The notes: generated from the letters alone by a model not told the origin. A DNA stretch of 64,000 nt from an uncultured Pelagibacteraceae bacterium (GCA_902532805.1 CACAJQ010000003.1:18007-82006); one strand, 5' to 3'; positions 18,988-29,492 are shown, counted from the first letter of the stretch. Made by a program: numbers and translations.

Positions 18988-19472
18988 TGATAAAGAAAAT
19001 ATTTTTTTCAATGTTCTTTTTAATAATTTTAGCAGGAACATCTTTTGCTGCTGGTTCAAACGACTCAGGCTCAAAGGAAACTTTATATGATAAAGCTGTG
19101 CAACAAATAAAGATGGCAAAAAAATTAGAAAAAAAAGGTAAAACCGAAAAAGCAATTAAAAGATATGAAAGAGCAATTAAATTTTTGGTAAAGTCAAATA
19201 AGAAAAAACCAAATAAAGCAGACACATTAAATTATCTTGGATTTGCAACAAGAAAAATTGGTGATTTTGAAAATGGTGAGAAATATTATCTTCAAGGTTT
19301 AGCTATTGAGCCAAATCACATAGGAATTAACGAATATCTTGGCGAATTATATGTTGCAACTAATAGGATGAATTTAGCAAAAGAAAGATTGAGTGTTCTA
19401 GAGGGATGTAATTGTGAAGAATACAATCAGCTAAAGGGTGTTATAGACGGATCAAAAAAATCAAAATACTAG
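18987..19472 (+). CDS. Exported TPR-repeat protein
   Basis: Signal peptide ending SFA-A; TPR-like ADTLNYLGFATRK and YLGELY. Confidence 0.8.
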   Translation: MIKKIFFSMFFLIILAGTSFAAGSNDSGSKETLYDKAVQQIKMAKKLEKKGKTEKAIKRYERAIKFLVKSNKKKPNKADTLNYLGFATRKIGDFENGEKYYLQGLAIEPNHIGINEYLGELYVATNRMNLAKERLSVLEGCNCEEYNQLKGVIDGSKKSKY

Positions 19473-20779
19473 TTTATATTTTTTATCATTTGCTCAGGCA
19501 TCCAAAGAGCAATTTCTGGAAATACCACAACTAAGATAACAGCAAAAATCATAAGCAAGAAGAGTGGAAACGCGCTTCTTGCTATATACCCCATATCCTT
19601 ATTAGCCATACCCTGAAGAACAAAAAGATTAAAGCCAACTGGTGGAGTGATCTGAGCCATTTCGACAACAATAACTAGAAAGACACCAAACCAAATCATA
19701 TCAAAACCTGCTTGTCTAATCATCGGTTCAATTATAGCCATTGTTAAAACCACGGCAGAAATACCATCAAGAAACATTCCAAGAATTATATAAAAGATCA
19801 TTAAAACAAAAATTAAAACATATGGAGAAAGTTCCATTCCTTCAATCCATAGAGCAAGATTTCTTGGCAATCCTGTAAAACCCATTGCCAAAGATAAAAA
19901 AGTGGCTCCAGCTAATATAAAAGCTATCATGCAAGAAGTTTTAGTAGCACCCAAGAGAGACTCTTTAAATGTTCTTAAAGACAAACTCTTTTGAAAGTAT
20001 GATAAAATTAATGCACCGACTACACCCAAAGAAGCTGCTTCGGTTGCGGTTGCTATGCCAGTATAAATTGAGCCAATAACTGAAACTATTAATAATATTA
20101 CAGGTATTAGTTTTCCTGATTTCCTTACCTTTTCCATAAGTGTGAAGTCCTGTTTAAAAGTAGGCATAGATTTTTTATTTATTAACGACCAAATCATGAC
20201 ATATGTCATAAAGATCAATGCAATCATTATTCCTGGCAAAATTCCTGCAATAAATAGTTTTGCTATCGATTCTTGGACAGTCACACCATAAATAATTAAA
20301 ATAATTGAAGGTGGAATTAGAAGACCCAGCGTTCCTGAACCAGCTAAACTTCCAAGTAGAATACTCTCTGGATATTTTCTTTTTCTTAGTTCTGGAATTG
20401 ACATTTTTCCTACTGTAGCAACAGTTGCTGCAGAAGATCCAGAAATAGCTGCAAATAAAGCACATCCAACCACATTAACATGCACTAAGCCACCGGGTAG
20501 TTTCTGCATCCATGGGGATAATCCTTCAAATAAATTTTCAGATAACTTCGTCCGAAATAAAATTTCTCCCATCCAAACAAATAAAGGAAGTGCAGTTAAA
20601 GTCCATGAAGATGAAGCTCCCCAAATTGTTGTTGCCATCGCATCACCAACTGGCCTTGTGGTGAACAGCATCATTCCTATTGATGAAACTCCAACCATGC
20701 TTATAGCAACCCAAATTCCCGAGCCTAAAAATATCAAGAGAACACTTATGAAAAATATAGTAAGTAAAATTTCAGTCAT
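19469..20779 (-). CDS. dctM: TRAP transporter large permease
   Basis: ALPLFVWMGEIL, AISGSSAAT, GTLGLLIPPS, ITPPVGFNLFV. Confidence 0.93.
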   Translation of the reverse strand: MTEILLTIFFISVLLIFLGSGIWVAISMVGVSSIGMMLFTTRPVGDAMATTIWGASSSWTLTALPLFVWMGEILFRTKLSENLFEGLSPWMQKLPGGLVHVNVVGCALFAAISGSSAATVATVGKMSIPELRKRKYPESILLGSLAGSGTLGLLIPPSIILIIYGVTVQESIAKLFIAGILPGIMIALIFMTYVMIWSLINKKSMPTFKQDFTLMEKVRKSGKLIPVILLIVSVIGSIYTGIATATEAASLGVVGALILSYFQKSLSLRTFKESLLGATKTSCMIAFILAGATFLSLAMGFTGLPRNLALWIEGMELSPYVLIFVLMIFYIILGMFLDGISAVVLTMAIIEPMIRQAGFDMIWFGVFLVIVVEMAQITPPVGFNLFVLQGMANKDMGYIARSAFPLFLLMIFAVILVVVFPEIALWMPEQMIKNIN

Positions 20780-21263
20780 TTTTTTTTGTTTGTATTTTTA
20801 AAACTAATTGATGAGATACACATATGAAAAATATTAGTGATCCTAAAGCAACACTAGTTTGTGGTATCCAAATTAAAATTTCGTCAGCTCCTTCACTTCT
20901 CTCTTGAAATTCATAAGATATTTTTAGCATTTTTAAAAAATAAAAAGCTAGATAACCAGAAAAAATAGTTGCAACTATCAAACTCCATAATTCCAAAAAT
21001 CTCTTTTTAATCCCAGTAGCTTTTTCTAAAAATAAAGTAATTCTAATGTGACCACCTTCTACAAAAGTATAAGATAAAGCAAAAAAAGATGAAGCAGCCA
21101 TACAATATCCGGAATATTCAGCTAGGCCTCTTATATAAAAACCAAATATTCTTGATGAAATTCCAATTAAAATAAAAACTGCAACCAAAATAAGAAAGAA
21201 TGCAGCGATATAGCCTGAGTAACTATAAAGATTATTTAAAAATTTATTGACTTTAGCAAACAT
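20772..21263 (-). CDS. dctQ: TRAP transporter small permease
   Basis: Four TM segments, GGHIRI motif, located between dctP and dctM. Confidence 0.9.
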   Translation of the reverse strand: MFAKVNKFLNNLYSYSGYIAAFFLILVAVFILIGISSRIFGFYIRGLAEYSGYCMAASSFFALSYTFVEGGHIRITLFLEKATGIKKRFLELWSLIVATIFSGYLAFYFLKMLKISYEFQERSEGADEILIWIPQTSVALGSLIFFICVSHQLVLKIQTKKND

Positions 21264-21264
21264 A

Positions 21265-21293
21265 TAAAAAGGCCGTTTAATACGGCCTTTTTA
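21265..21293 (-). terminator. Hairpin with U-tract between dctP and dctQ
   Basis: TAAAAAGGCCGT-TTAAT-ACGGCCTTTTTA, a perfect 12-bp inverted repeat. Confidence 0.8.
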
Positions 21294-21304
21294 ATTATAA
21301 TGAT

Positions 21305-22276
21305 TTAATTATAAGCAGCAAGAACACTAGCACCTCTTTCGCCAGCTTTTTTCTTCCATTCTTCTGCCATTGTAGCACCAACTTTTTTGAAATGACTTTC
21401 AAGAGCTGCATTTACTTTGCCCACTTTCATTCCAGCATCAGCTAAAGCTTTTTTATCAGCAACATTTCCTTTTTTTGAAAGTGCCCAACCTTTTTTCTCA
21501 GCAACTGCCGCCTCTTCCATTATCATTTTTTGTGTAGCTTTATCTAACTTATTCCAAGAACCTCTGTGAGCTACAATCATATTTTTTGGAAACCAAGCTG
21601 CAATATCATAAAAATACTTTACTCCATTTTCCCAAATTTTACTGTTCTTACCAGTAGTTGGTGAAGTAATCATACTTTCAACAGCACCGGTTGAGAATGC
21701 TTGACTTATTTCAGCTGCTTCAATTTTTGTAGGAGCCATACCTGTCAACTCAGCCATTCTAATAGTTGCAGAATTATATGCTCTAAATTTTAAACCTTTT
21801 AAATCAGCAACACTGTTAATCTCTTTTTTACTATAAAGACCTTGCGCAGGCCATGGAACAGCATATAAAAATACAAGACCTTTTTGATCTAAACCTTTAA
21901 TTATTGCAGGCTTAGATGCTTGATACAATTTCATAGCATCGTCATAAGATGTCGCAAGAAATGGTTGTGAGTCAATCTCTAATAACGGATCCTCTTTACC
22001 TAGAGCCGACATAAATCTCTCACCAATTTGAGCTTGTCCAGTTCTAACAGCTCTAAATATTTCTCCACCTTTAAATAGAGATCCACCTGGGTGAGTTACT
22101 ATTGTTAATTTTCCCCCACTTTTTTCTGAAACATTTTTAGCAAATTCAGCTGCATTAGCAGAATGGAAGTTGCTTGCACCATATGCTAGTGCCATATCCC
22201 ATTTTTCTGCAGCAAAAGCATTTGCGGTTAAAAGAACAGAAAATAAAACAGAGAGCAAAATTTTGAAAAGTTTCAT
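21305..22276 (-). CDS. dctP: TRAP substrate-binding protein (DctP6/DctP7-like)
   Basis: Signal peptide AFA-A; SGGKLTI, DSQPFLA, PWPAQG, DLKGLKFRAY. Confidence 0.92.
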   Translation of the reverse strand: MKLFKILLSVLFSVLLTANAFAAEKWDMALAYGASNFHSANAAEFAKNVSEKSGGKLTIVTHPGGSLFKGGEIFRAVRTGQAQIGERFMSALGKEDPLLEIDSQPFLATSYDDAMKLYQASKPAIIKGLDQKGLVFLYAVPWPAQGLYSKKEINSVADLKGLKFRAYNSATIRMAELTGMAPTKIEAAEISQAFSTGAVESMITSPTTGKNSKIWENGVKYFYDIAAWFPKNMIVAHRGSWNKLDKATQKMIMEEAAVAEKKGWALSKKGNVADKKALADAGMKVGKVNAALESHFKKVGATMAEEWKKKAGERGASVLAAYN

Positions 22277-22388
22277 AAATCCTCCATATTTTTAAAAAAC
22301 ATATCTCATTATGTATTAAAACTTAAATCAATAAAAATTTTTGATGTTTTATTGAAATATAATAAATAATTACTATTATAATAGCATC

Positions 22389-23000
22389 TTGATAGAACAA
22401 TCACTCATTTTACTGCAAATTATATTTATAGATATTATTCTAGCTGCAGATAATGCAATAATAATAGGATTGATTGCTGCTAACTTCGTTCCAAAAAATA
22501 GAAAAAAGATAATATTTTGGGGAGTAGTTGGTGCGTTAGTTTTCAAAGTTATATTTGCAATATTTGCAACATATTTATTTAAGTTTTACTTCATTAAAAT
22601 TCTTGGTGGATTACTTTTAATTTGGATTGTTAATGACTTAAGAAAAGATTTATTTGAAATTCAAAAAATAAAGTCTCCTAAAAAGAAATCTATGGAACCT
22701 TCATTTATCAAAAGTATTTACAAGGTTTTATTTGCAGATATTACGATTAGTTTTGATAACGTTATTGGAGTTGTGGGTGCGGCCAAAGGTAATTTTGGTT
22801 TTATGATTTTTGGCTTAGTATTATCAGTAGTTCTTACTGGAGCCTTAGCTACTTATTTAGCAAATTATATACAAAAACATTTATGGATAGCTTATATAGG
22901 TTTAGGCTTTATACTATTGGTTGCTATTCAGTTAGTAATAGGTGGGCTAGTCGATTTAGAAATTTTAAATATTAATGAAAAATATATAAAGTATTTCTAA
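22389..23000 (+). CDS. TerC family (YjbE-like) membrane protein
   Basis: IDIILAADNAIII and ADITISFDNV motifs. Confidence 0.85.
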   Translation: MIEQSLILLQIIFIDIILAADNAIIIGLIAANFVPKNRKKIIFWGVVGALVFKVIFAIFATYLFKFYFIKILGGLLLIWIVNDLRKDLFEIQKIKSPKKKSMEPSFIKSIYKVLFADITISFDNVIGVVGAAKGNFGFMIFGLVLSVVLTGALATYLANYIQKHLWIAYIGLGFILLVAIQLVIGGLVDLEILNINEKYIKYF

Positions 23001-23002
23001 TA

Positions 23003-23422
23003 TTACCAAGTTCCAGTATTTTCCATTGTTGACCAAGGCTCTTTAGGAGGAAGATTGCCTTCTTGAAGTATTTCTATTGATATTTTATCTGGTGATTTCA
23101 CAAATGCCATATGACCATCTCTAGGTGGTCTATTAATTGTATAACCCATATCCATTAATCTTTGGCATACTTCGTATATATTTTTAACTCTATAGGCTAA
23201 GTGACCAAAATTTCTAGATCCTTCTCCTAAATTATCGCCGTCCCAATTATAAGTAAGTTCAATTTCTGCATTATTGTCGTTTGGTGCAGCTAAAAAAATT
23301 AATGTGTATCTACCTTTTTCATTTTCCATTCTTTTTGTCTCTTTTAAACCAAGCCCATCACAAAAAAATTTTAAAGACTCTTCAATATTAGAAATTCTAA
23401 TCATTGTGTGTAAATATTTCAT
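23003..23422 (-). CDS. gloA: Lactoylglutathione lyase (glyoxalase I)
   Basis: YLHTMIR, IELTYNWD, GSRNFGHLAY, INRPPRDG. Confidence 0.9.
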   Translation of the reverse strand: MKYLHTMIRISNIEESLKFFCDGLGLKETKRMENEKGRYTLIFLAAPNDNNAEIELTYNWDGDNLGEGSRNFGHLAYRVKNIYEVCQRLMDMGYTINRPPRDGHMAFVKSPDKISIEILQEGNLPPKEPWSTMENTGTW

Positions 23423-23442
23423 AGTAAATTTATAATTTATTT

Positions 23443-25002
23443 TTATTCTAGTTCAATAGTGCTTGGTGGTTTAGAGGTCACATCATAAACTACTCTATTT
23501 ATACCTCTAATGTTATTGACTATTTTATTAGATACCATTTGCATAAATGATTTATTAAATTGAAAATAATCTGCTGTCATTCCATCTTCAGATGTTATTG
23601 CTCTGAGTAAGCATAAATATTCATAGGTTCTATTGTCTCCCATTACACCAACTGTTTTAACAGGTAGTAATGCGGCATAAGCCTGCCATATCTTATGATA
23701 AAGATTATGTTCTCTTAATGCACTTATAAAATAATTATCTGCTTCTTTTAAAATTTTTATTTTTTCTTTAGTAATTATGCCTGGCATTCTAATGGCTAAA
23801 CCTGGACCAGGAAAAGGATGTCTAGAAATAATTTCTTTACTTAAATTTAATTCTAAACCTAACATTCTAACTTCGTCTTTAAACAAATACTTCAGTGGTT
23901 CAACTAATTTTAGTTTCATTCTTTTTGGCAAACCACCAACATTATGATGAGACTTAATTTTTGAAGTTTGACTTCCTGTAACAGACTTACTTTCGATTAG
24001 ATCAGGGTATAGAGTTCCTTGAGCTAAAAATTTTACATTTTTTATTTTTTTTGCGTATTTTTCAAAAAGTTTGATAAATAAATTTCCAATAATTTTTCTT
24101 TTTTTTTCAGGATCCGTTACATTTTTTAATTTGCTAATGAATAATTGTTCAGCATTTACATAAATTAAATTCAATTTAAATTTTTTTCTAAAAGTATTTA
24201 CTACTTGTTTTTCTTCATTTTTTCTGAGCAGACCAGTATTAACGAATATACAAGTTAAGTTTTTTCCAATCGCATTACTAATTAATTTTGCTACTACACT
24301 ACTATCTACTCCACCAGATAATGCACAAATTACTCTAGAATTTCCAACTTGTTCTTTAATTTGCTGCATAAGTTTGGATTTTTGATTTTTTGATGTCCAA
24401 TTTTTTTTAATTTTACAAATTCTAATTACAAAGTTTTTTAATATTATTTTGCCTTTAACTGTATGGGAAACTTCTGGATGAAACTGTATACCATATATTT
24501 TTTTTTTAATATTTTCTATCATGCATAATTTCGAATTTGAGGATTTTGCTATAACTTTAAAACCTTTAGGTAATTTAATTACCTCATCTCCATGACTCAT
24601 CCACACATTGGTAGATTTTTTTGAAAAGAAATTTTCAGTTAAAGCGCTTTTTTTTAATTTTGTAACTTTTGCTAAGCCAAATTCTCTTGATTTTGCTCGT
24701 TTTACTTTACCTCCTAATTCTTTAGAGATTATCTGGTGGCCAAAACAAATACCTAAAATTGGAATATTTAAACTTAATATACTTTTATTGAATTTAACTT
24801 TTTTATTTTGATAAACATTTAAGGGACCACCTGATAAAATGATGCCTTTCACATTTTTTTCATTTTTATAGTCTTTGAGTTTGTTGTGACTTATAATTTC
24901 ACAAAAAACATTTAATTCTCTTACTTTTCTTGCAATTAATTGTGTAAACTGAGACCCAAAATCGATTATTAAAATTTTATCTAGATTATTTTCAAGACGC
25001 AT
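23443..25002 (-). CDS. guaA: GMP synthase (glutamine-hydrolysing)
   Basis: [41 protein letters not shown]; start may be 25002 or 25014. Confidence 0.97.
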   Translation of the reverse strand: MRLENNLDKILIIDFGSQFTQLIARKVRELNVFCEIISHNKLKDYKNEKNVKGIILSGGPLNVYQNKKVKFNKSILSLNIPILGICFGHQIISKELGGKVKRAKSREFGLAKVTKLKKSALTENFFSKKSTNVWMSHGDEVIKLPKGFKVIAKSSNSKLCMIENIKKKIYGIQFHPEVSHTVKGKIILKNFVIRICKIKKNWTSKNQKSKLMQQIKEQVGNSRVICALSGGVDSSVVAKLISNAIGKNLTCIFVNTGLLRKNEEKQVVNTFRKKFKLNLIYVNAEQLFISKLKNVTDPEKKRKIIGNLFIKLFEKYAKKIKNVKFLAQGTLYPDLIESKSVTGSQTSKIKSHHNVGGLPKRMKLKLVEPLKYLFKDEVRMLGLELNLSKEIISRHPFPGPGLAIRMPGIITKEKIKILKEADNYFISALREHNLYHKIWQAYAALLPVKTVGVMGDNRTYEYLCLLRAITSEDGMTADYFQFNKSFMQMVSNKIVNNIRGINRVVYDVTSKPPSTIELE

Positions 25003-25426
25003 CTTTTTTTTCAAACTCTTTTAGGCGTTTGTTAATGGATGCGATTTTATCACAAAGGTTCGAGCATATTTTCTTAAAATCTTCTCTAAGTTCCTCTGCT
25101 TTAGAAAAATTAGATCTTTCTAACTCAATATCTATCAATAGATACATTGCCTCTTCGTTGTTTGGCTCGAGTAGTAAGACTGTATTTATATTTTTTTCCA
25201 GTTCTGTTTTGTTTTCTTCATTTTTAAATATTTTTGCTAAATATAGATATGACTTTGAGTCTTTGGGATTGTATACAATATTTCTTTGAAATAAAAATTT
25301 TGAATCTTCATATTTCTCATTTTCATAAAGATTTTTTGCTTCATCAAAAAAATTAGCTTTCTCTGCGTTAACATCAAAAATTAAAGTAAAAAGTAAAATT
25401 ATTGCTAAGGTAATTTTTTTTATCAT
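24992..25426 (-). CDS. Exported TPR-like protein
   Basis: Signal peptide; TPR-like [20 protein letters not shown]. Confidence 0.7.
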   Translation of the reverse strand: MIKKITLAIILLFTLIFDVNAEKANFFDEAKNLYENEKYEDSKFLFQRNIVYNPKDSKSYLYLAKIFKNEENKTELEKNINTVLLLEPNNEEAMYLLIDIELERSNFSKAEELREDFKKICSNLCDKIASINKRLKEFEKKDAS

Positions 25427-26487
25427 CTTTTTATTTCGTCTATGTTATGTACCATACTTTCATAAAAACCTGCTTTAGTAATTTTGACAAATTTTGGTTT
25501 TTTTCTAAGATCTTTAATTCTTTTTGCACCTAAGTATCCCATTGATGATTTTAAACCCCCTACTAGTTGGTAGATTATTTTTTCAACTGTGCCTTTATAT
25601 TTGACAAAACCTTCAACACCTTCTGCTACATATTTTGAAGTATCTTTTTGTTTTGATTGAAAATATCTATCTGCTGATCCTTTATTCATTGCTCCAATAG
25701 ATCCCATGCCCCTAAAACTTTTATATAATTTACCACCTCTTTTTATAATTCTACCTGGAGCCTGATCTGTTCCTGCAAATAATGATCCAATCATCACCGC
25801 ATCTGCTCCTGCTGCAAGTGCTTTTGCGATATCCCCAGAAAATTTGATACCTCCATCAGCTATTAATGTTGTTTTACTTTTGCCCATACCTTTTTTTACA
25901 TCTAAAATTGCACTTAACTGTGGAACTCCAATCCCGGCAACTAATCTTGTAGTGCATATAGATCCTGGCCCAATTCCAACTTTTATAATATCTACTCCTT
26001 GCTTAATCAGAAATTTAGCTGCTTCTGCTGTTGCAATGTTACCTGCACATAAAGCTGTTTTAGTCGGTTTCATTTTTTTAATTTTTTTTATTATTTCGGC
26101 TACTTTTTTTGTGTGGCCATGAGCTGTATCAACCACCATTAAATCTATATTTTCTTTTAAAACCTTTTGAGCTCTTATGTGTTCGTTTATACTTGCACCA
26201 ACCGCTGCACCAACTAACATTTTTTTTGCTTTTACTTTTCTTATTTCTTTTATCTGATCATTTATTGATAAATTTCTATGTATAACGCCTATTCCGCCCT
26301 TTTTACCGATTGAAATAGCCATGTTAGACTCTGTTACAGTATCCATTGCTGAGGTTAGAATGGGTATAGAAATATTTAAGTGTTTTGATAATTTAACTTC
26401 TGTCTTTGCTTCTGAAGGTAAAATTTTAGAATAATTTGGTGCTAAAGTTACATCATCGAAAGTGAGTGCTTCTTTGATAGGATCCAT
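25423..26487 (-). CDS. guaB: IMP dehydrogenase (no CBS domains)
   Basis: LTFDDV, SAMDTVTE, VDTAHGH, GIGPGSICTTR, ADGGI, RGMGS. Confidence 0.96.
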   Translation of the reverse strand: MDPIKEALTFDDVTLAPNYSKILPSEAKTEVKLSKHLNISIPILTSAMDTVTESNMAISIGKKGGIGVIHRNLSINDQIKEIRKVKAKKMLVGAAVGASINEHIRAQKVLKENIDLMVVDTAHGHTKKVAEIIKKIKKMKPTKTALCAGNIATAEAAKFLIKQGVDIIKVGIGPGSICTTRLVAGIGVPQLSAILDVKKGMGKSKTTLIADGGIKFSGDIAKALAAGADAVMIGSLFAGTDQAPGRIIKRGGKLYKSFRGMGSIGAMNKGSADRYFQSKQKDTSKYVAEGVEGFVKYKGTVEKIIYQLVGGLKSSMGYLGAKRIKDLRKKPKFVKITKAGFYESMVHNIDEIKR

Positions 26488-26524
26488 GTCCTTATATAAA
26501 CGATTCTTAAAAAAATGAAAGTAT

Positions 26525-27136
26525 CTATCTTAAATTTTTGCAGATTAAAAAACTTTCTTTAGAGTCTTTTCTACTTGCGGGAGGCTTATAAACATTAAAT
26601 TTTACAAAATTCTTTTTTGAAAATGCAATTATCTCATTAAATGAAGTTCCCATAAATAATTTTGAGACAAAATAGCCATTAGGCTTCATCATTTTTGTAG
26701 CAAAATCCAAAGCTTCTAAAACTAATTCTCCAGTTACCATAGAGTCTAGATTTTTATTTCCTGTAGTATTGACTGCCATATCTGAAATAATCAGGTCAAT
26801 TTTTCCTCCAAAATAATTACTAATTTTATTTTGTTGTTCAGTATCTGTAAAATCTCCTTTTATAATTTTTACATTCTTTATTTCATCTATTTCTTTTAAA
26901 TCTATTGCTAAATGCTTATTACATTTTAAATTAATTGATATATATTGAGACCAGCTTCCAGGAGCAGCCCCAAGATCTATTACTGATATATTATTTTTTA
27001 AAAATTTAAATTTTTCGTTAATTTCTTTTAATTTATAAACAGCTCTTGATCTATATCCTTCAACTTTTGATTGTCTAACATAAATATCTCTTCTCTGCTT
27101 ATTAATCCAATTTTTTGAGATTTTATTTTTTTTCAA
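26525..27136 (-). CDS. rlmE: 23S rRNA Um2552 methyltransferase
   Basis: GYRSRAVYKL, DLGAAPGSW, SDMA, KPPASRKDSKE. Confidence 0.95.
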   Translation of the reverse strand: MKKNKISKNWINKQRRDIYVRQSKVEGYRSRAVYKLKEINEKFKFLKNNISVIDLGAAPGSWSQYISINLKCNKHLAIDLKEIDEIKNVKIIKGDFTDTEQQNKISNYFGGKIDLIISDMAVNTTGNKNLDSMVTGELVLEALDFATKMMKPNGYFVSKLFMGTSFNEIIAFSKKNFVKFNVYKPPASRKDSKESFLICKNLR

Positions 27137-28047
27137 TTAGTTTTGAACCTTAAAGATTTTGAGATTTTATTATTATCCAAAGTATTTAATTCTATCTCTA
27201 GATTTTTCTCGTTTCTCATATCTTTATTATTTACTTTAATACCACTAGCCAAATGTATAATTCCAATTTTATGATTTGGTAAAAAAGGTTCCACGAAAAT
27301 TTTATTCTTTTCATCAAACTTTGGAAGTAAGTTACTAGCTAACCAGTTGCAATTATGAGGAAGAAATTCAACATCTACATTATCAATATATACGCATATA
27401 TTTATTGCTAGTTGCTCTGAACCAAATATTTGGCCATGACTAAGAGTGGTTTTTAAATTTTTTTGCCAAACATTCCAACAGCTAGAATCTTTTTCTAATG
27501 AGAAAACACCAATATTAATATGCGGAGCAAATGCTAACTTTCTTGCTTTATTAATATCAATTTTAGATTTAATAGCATGTTTAAAGTTTTGAGATTTTAT
27601 AATTGCTAATTTTCCAAACAACCATTTAACGTTACTTAATATTCTATATCCAGGTGTCATTGTCTGGGTAATGCCAAGTTTACCATTATCACAAGCTTTA
27701 AAATATAAGTCTATTGAACTCCAATCTTGAACCCATGCATCACAATCGATCCACAGGTATTTTTTATAGTTTGGAAAATATTTTGGAAGAAACGCTCTTG
27801 ATACCTGACTTTTTAGCCATTCTTTACCATTAACTTTAGATTGCGGAACCTCAATATCCCATTCAGCTTTTTTGATCTCATCTACTTTATTTTTTAGAAG
27901 AGCGGTTTGCTCCCCTGTTAAACCCGCATCAAGTATACAAATAGCAACCTTTTCACTGTGATTGAATTGTTTAATAGAGTCTATTAATTCATTTAGCAAT
28001 TCAAAGTAATTAGAATCTGCAAGAGAAATAATTACGTTCTCTTTCAT
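27133..28047 (-). CDS. Putative GT-A fold glycosyltransferase (GT8-like)
   Basis: ADSNYF, LDAGL, YLWIDCDAW (DxD), NIGVF, EQLAIN, IIHL. Confidence 0.65.
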   Translation of the reverse strand: MKENVIISLADSNYFELLNELIDSIKQFNHSEKVAICILDAGLTGEQTALLKNKVDEIKKAEWDIEVPQSKVNGKEWLKSQVSRAFLPKYFPNYKKYLWIDCDAWVQDWSSIDLYFKACDNGKLGITQTMTPGYRILSNVKWLFGKLAIIKSQNFKHAIKSKIDINKARKLAFAPHINIGVFSLEKDSSCWNVWQKNLKTTLSHGQIFGSEQLAINICVYIDNVDVEFLPHNCNWLASNLLPKFDEKNKIFVEPFLPNHKIGIIHLASGIKVNNKDMRNEKNLEIELNTLDNNKISKSLRFKTN

Positions 28048-28844
28048 TACAAAATATCTTCGTGATGATCAACGCCATCATCTTTTTCTTTATTTTGTTT
28101 TTTTAAAAATAAGTAATGAATTGAACTTGCTGGAATCATTAATAAATAAATAATTCCTGAAATTATAATTGTATTAAAGGTATATATTAGCAACAAACCA
28201 AAATATAAAATTATTCCAAATAAAAGAAATATTGAAGTACTTCTTGGAACAACAATTCTTTTAAAAGAATATGTAGGAATTTTACTTATCAAAAGTACAG
28301 AAATAATAATGAATAAAGATGGAACAATAATATTTTTATTAATAGTTATAAACTGAACTTCGCTAAAACTGTAAATTAATGGCATTAATACCAATACTCC
28401 ACCTGCAGGTGATGGAATGCCTTCAAAAAAATTATCTCTCCATGAAGGTTCACCTCCTGTTGAAACATTAAATCTTGCAAGTCTTAAGGCAACACAAACC
28501 ACATATATTAAAGATATTAACCAACCAAATCTGCCGATATTATCTAGTGCCCAGAAATACATTATGAATGCTGGCGCAACTCCAAAACTAATTACATCCG
28601 TTAATGAGTCTAATTCTTTTCCAACTTTTGATGTGGCTTTAATTAATCTTGCAATTCTTCCATCTAAACCATCAATGATTGCAGCAATTAAAACTGCAAT
28701 AACTGATAATTCAAATCTTCCATCAAATGCAAATTTAATTGAAGTTAAACCAATACACACGCCAACTAATGTCATTATATTCGGCAAAATAACTCTAGAA
28801 TTTTTATTTGATACTAATCTTATATTCTTTTTTGGATTTTCCAT
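28047..28844 (-). CDS. pssA: CDP-diacylglycerol--serine O-phosphatidyltransferase
   Basis: DGLDGRIAR..GKELDSLTDVISFGVAP, LRLARFN. Confidence 0.93.
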   Translation of the reverse strand: MENPKKNIRLVSNKNSRVILPNIMTLVGVCIGLTSIKFAFDGRFELSVIAVLIAAIIDGLDGRIARLIKATSKVGKELDSLTDVISFGVAPAFIMYFWALDNIGRFGWLISLIYVVCVALRLARFNVSTGGEPSWRDNFFEGIPSPAGGVLVLMPLIYSFSEVQFITINKNIIVPSLFIIISVLLISKIPTYSFKRIVVPRSTSIFLLFGIILYFGLLLIYTFNTIIISGIIYLLMIPASSIHYLFLKKQNKEKDDGVDHHEDIL

Positions 28845-29492
28845 TTATCTTTTGGCTATCAATGTTTCTCCAGCGACTGCTCTTTGATTAACTTTTACTA
28901 ATGGTTCATAGTTTTCAAAATATAAATCTGCTCTACTTCCAAATCTAATCATTCCTATTCTAGATCCTTGATCAACATTTTCTTCAACGGAGGTATCAGT
29001 TACTATTCTCCGTGCAACCAGTCCTGCTATTTGAACTACAATTATATCTTCTCCGTGAGAATTTTTAATTTTATAATAATTTCTTTCATTATCCTCGCTT
29101 GCTTTATCAAGAGATGCATTAATAAATTTTCCTGGTTTATATAAAATTTCTTCAATTTTTCCTGAACATGGAGATCTATTCACATGACAGTCAAATACAT
29201 TCATAAATATACTTACTTTCTTAAATTTTTTATTTTCAAGTCCCAATTCTTTTGGTCCGTTTGTATCTAAAACTTGTAAAACTAATCCGTCAGCAGGACT
29301 TGTTAAATAGTTCTCATCATTTATCGGAATTCTCTCTGGATCTCTAAAAAAATAATAACACCAAATACTTAAAACCAAACCTATGAAACCTAAAAAACCA
29401 TGAATGAAATATAGAATGATCGTTGCTACAACGAAAATTACTATAAATTTATAGCCTTCGTTATGAATCTTTGGAAAAATTTTGTCTATCAT
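28845..29492 (-). CDS. psd: Phosphatidylserine decarboxylase
   Basis: FFRDPER, SPADG, HVNRSP, IRFGSR self-cleavage motif. Confidence 0.95.
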   Translation of the reverse strand: MIDKIFPKIHNEGYKFIVIFVVATIILYFIHGFLGFIGLVLSIWCYYFFRDPERIPINDENYLTSPADGLVLQVLDTNGPKELGLENKKFKKVSIFMNVFDCHVNRSPCSGKIEEILYKPGKFINASLDKASEDNERNYYKIKNSHGEDIIVVQIAGLVARRIVTDTSVEENVDQGSRIGMIRFGSRADLYFENYEPLVKVNQRAVAGETLIAKR

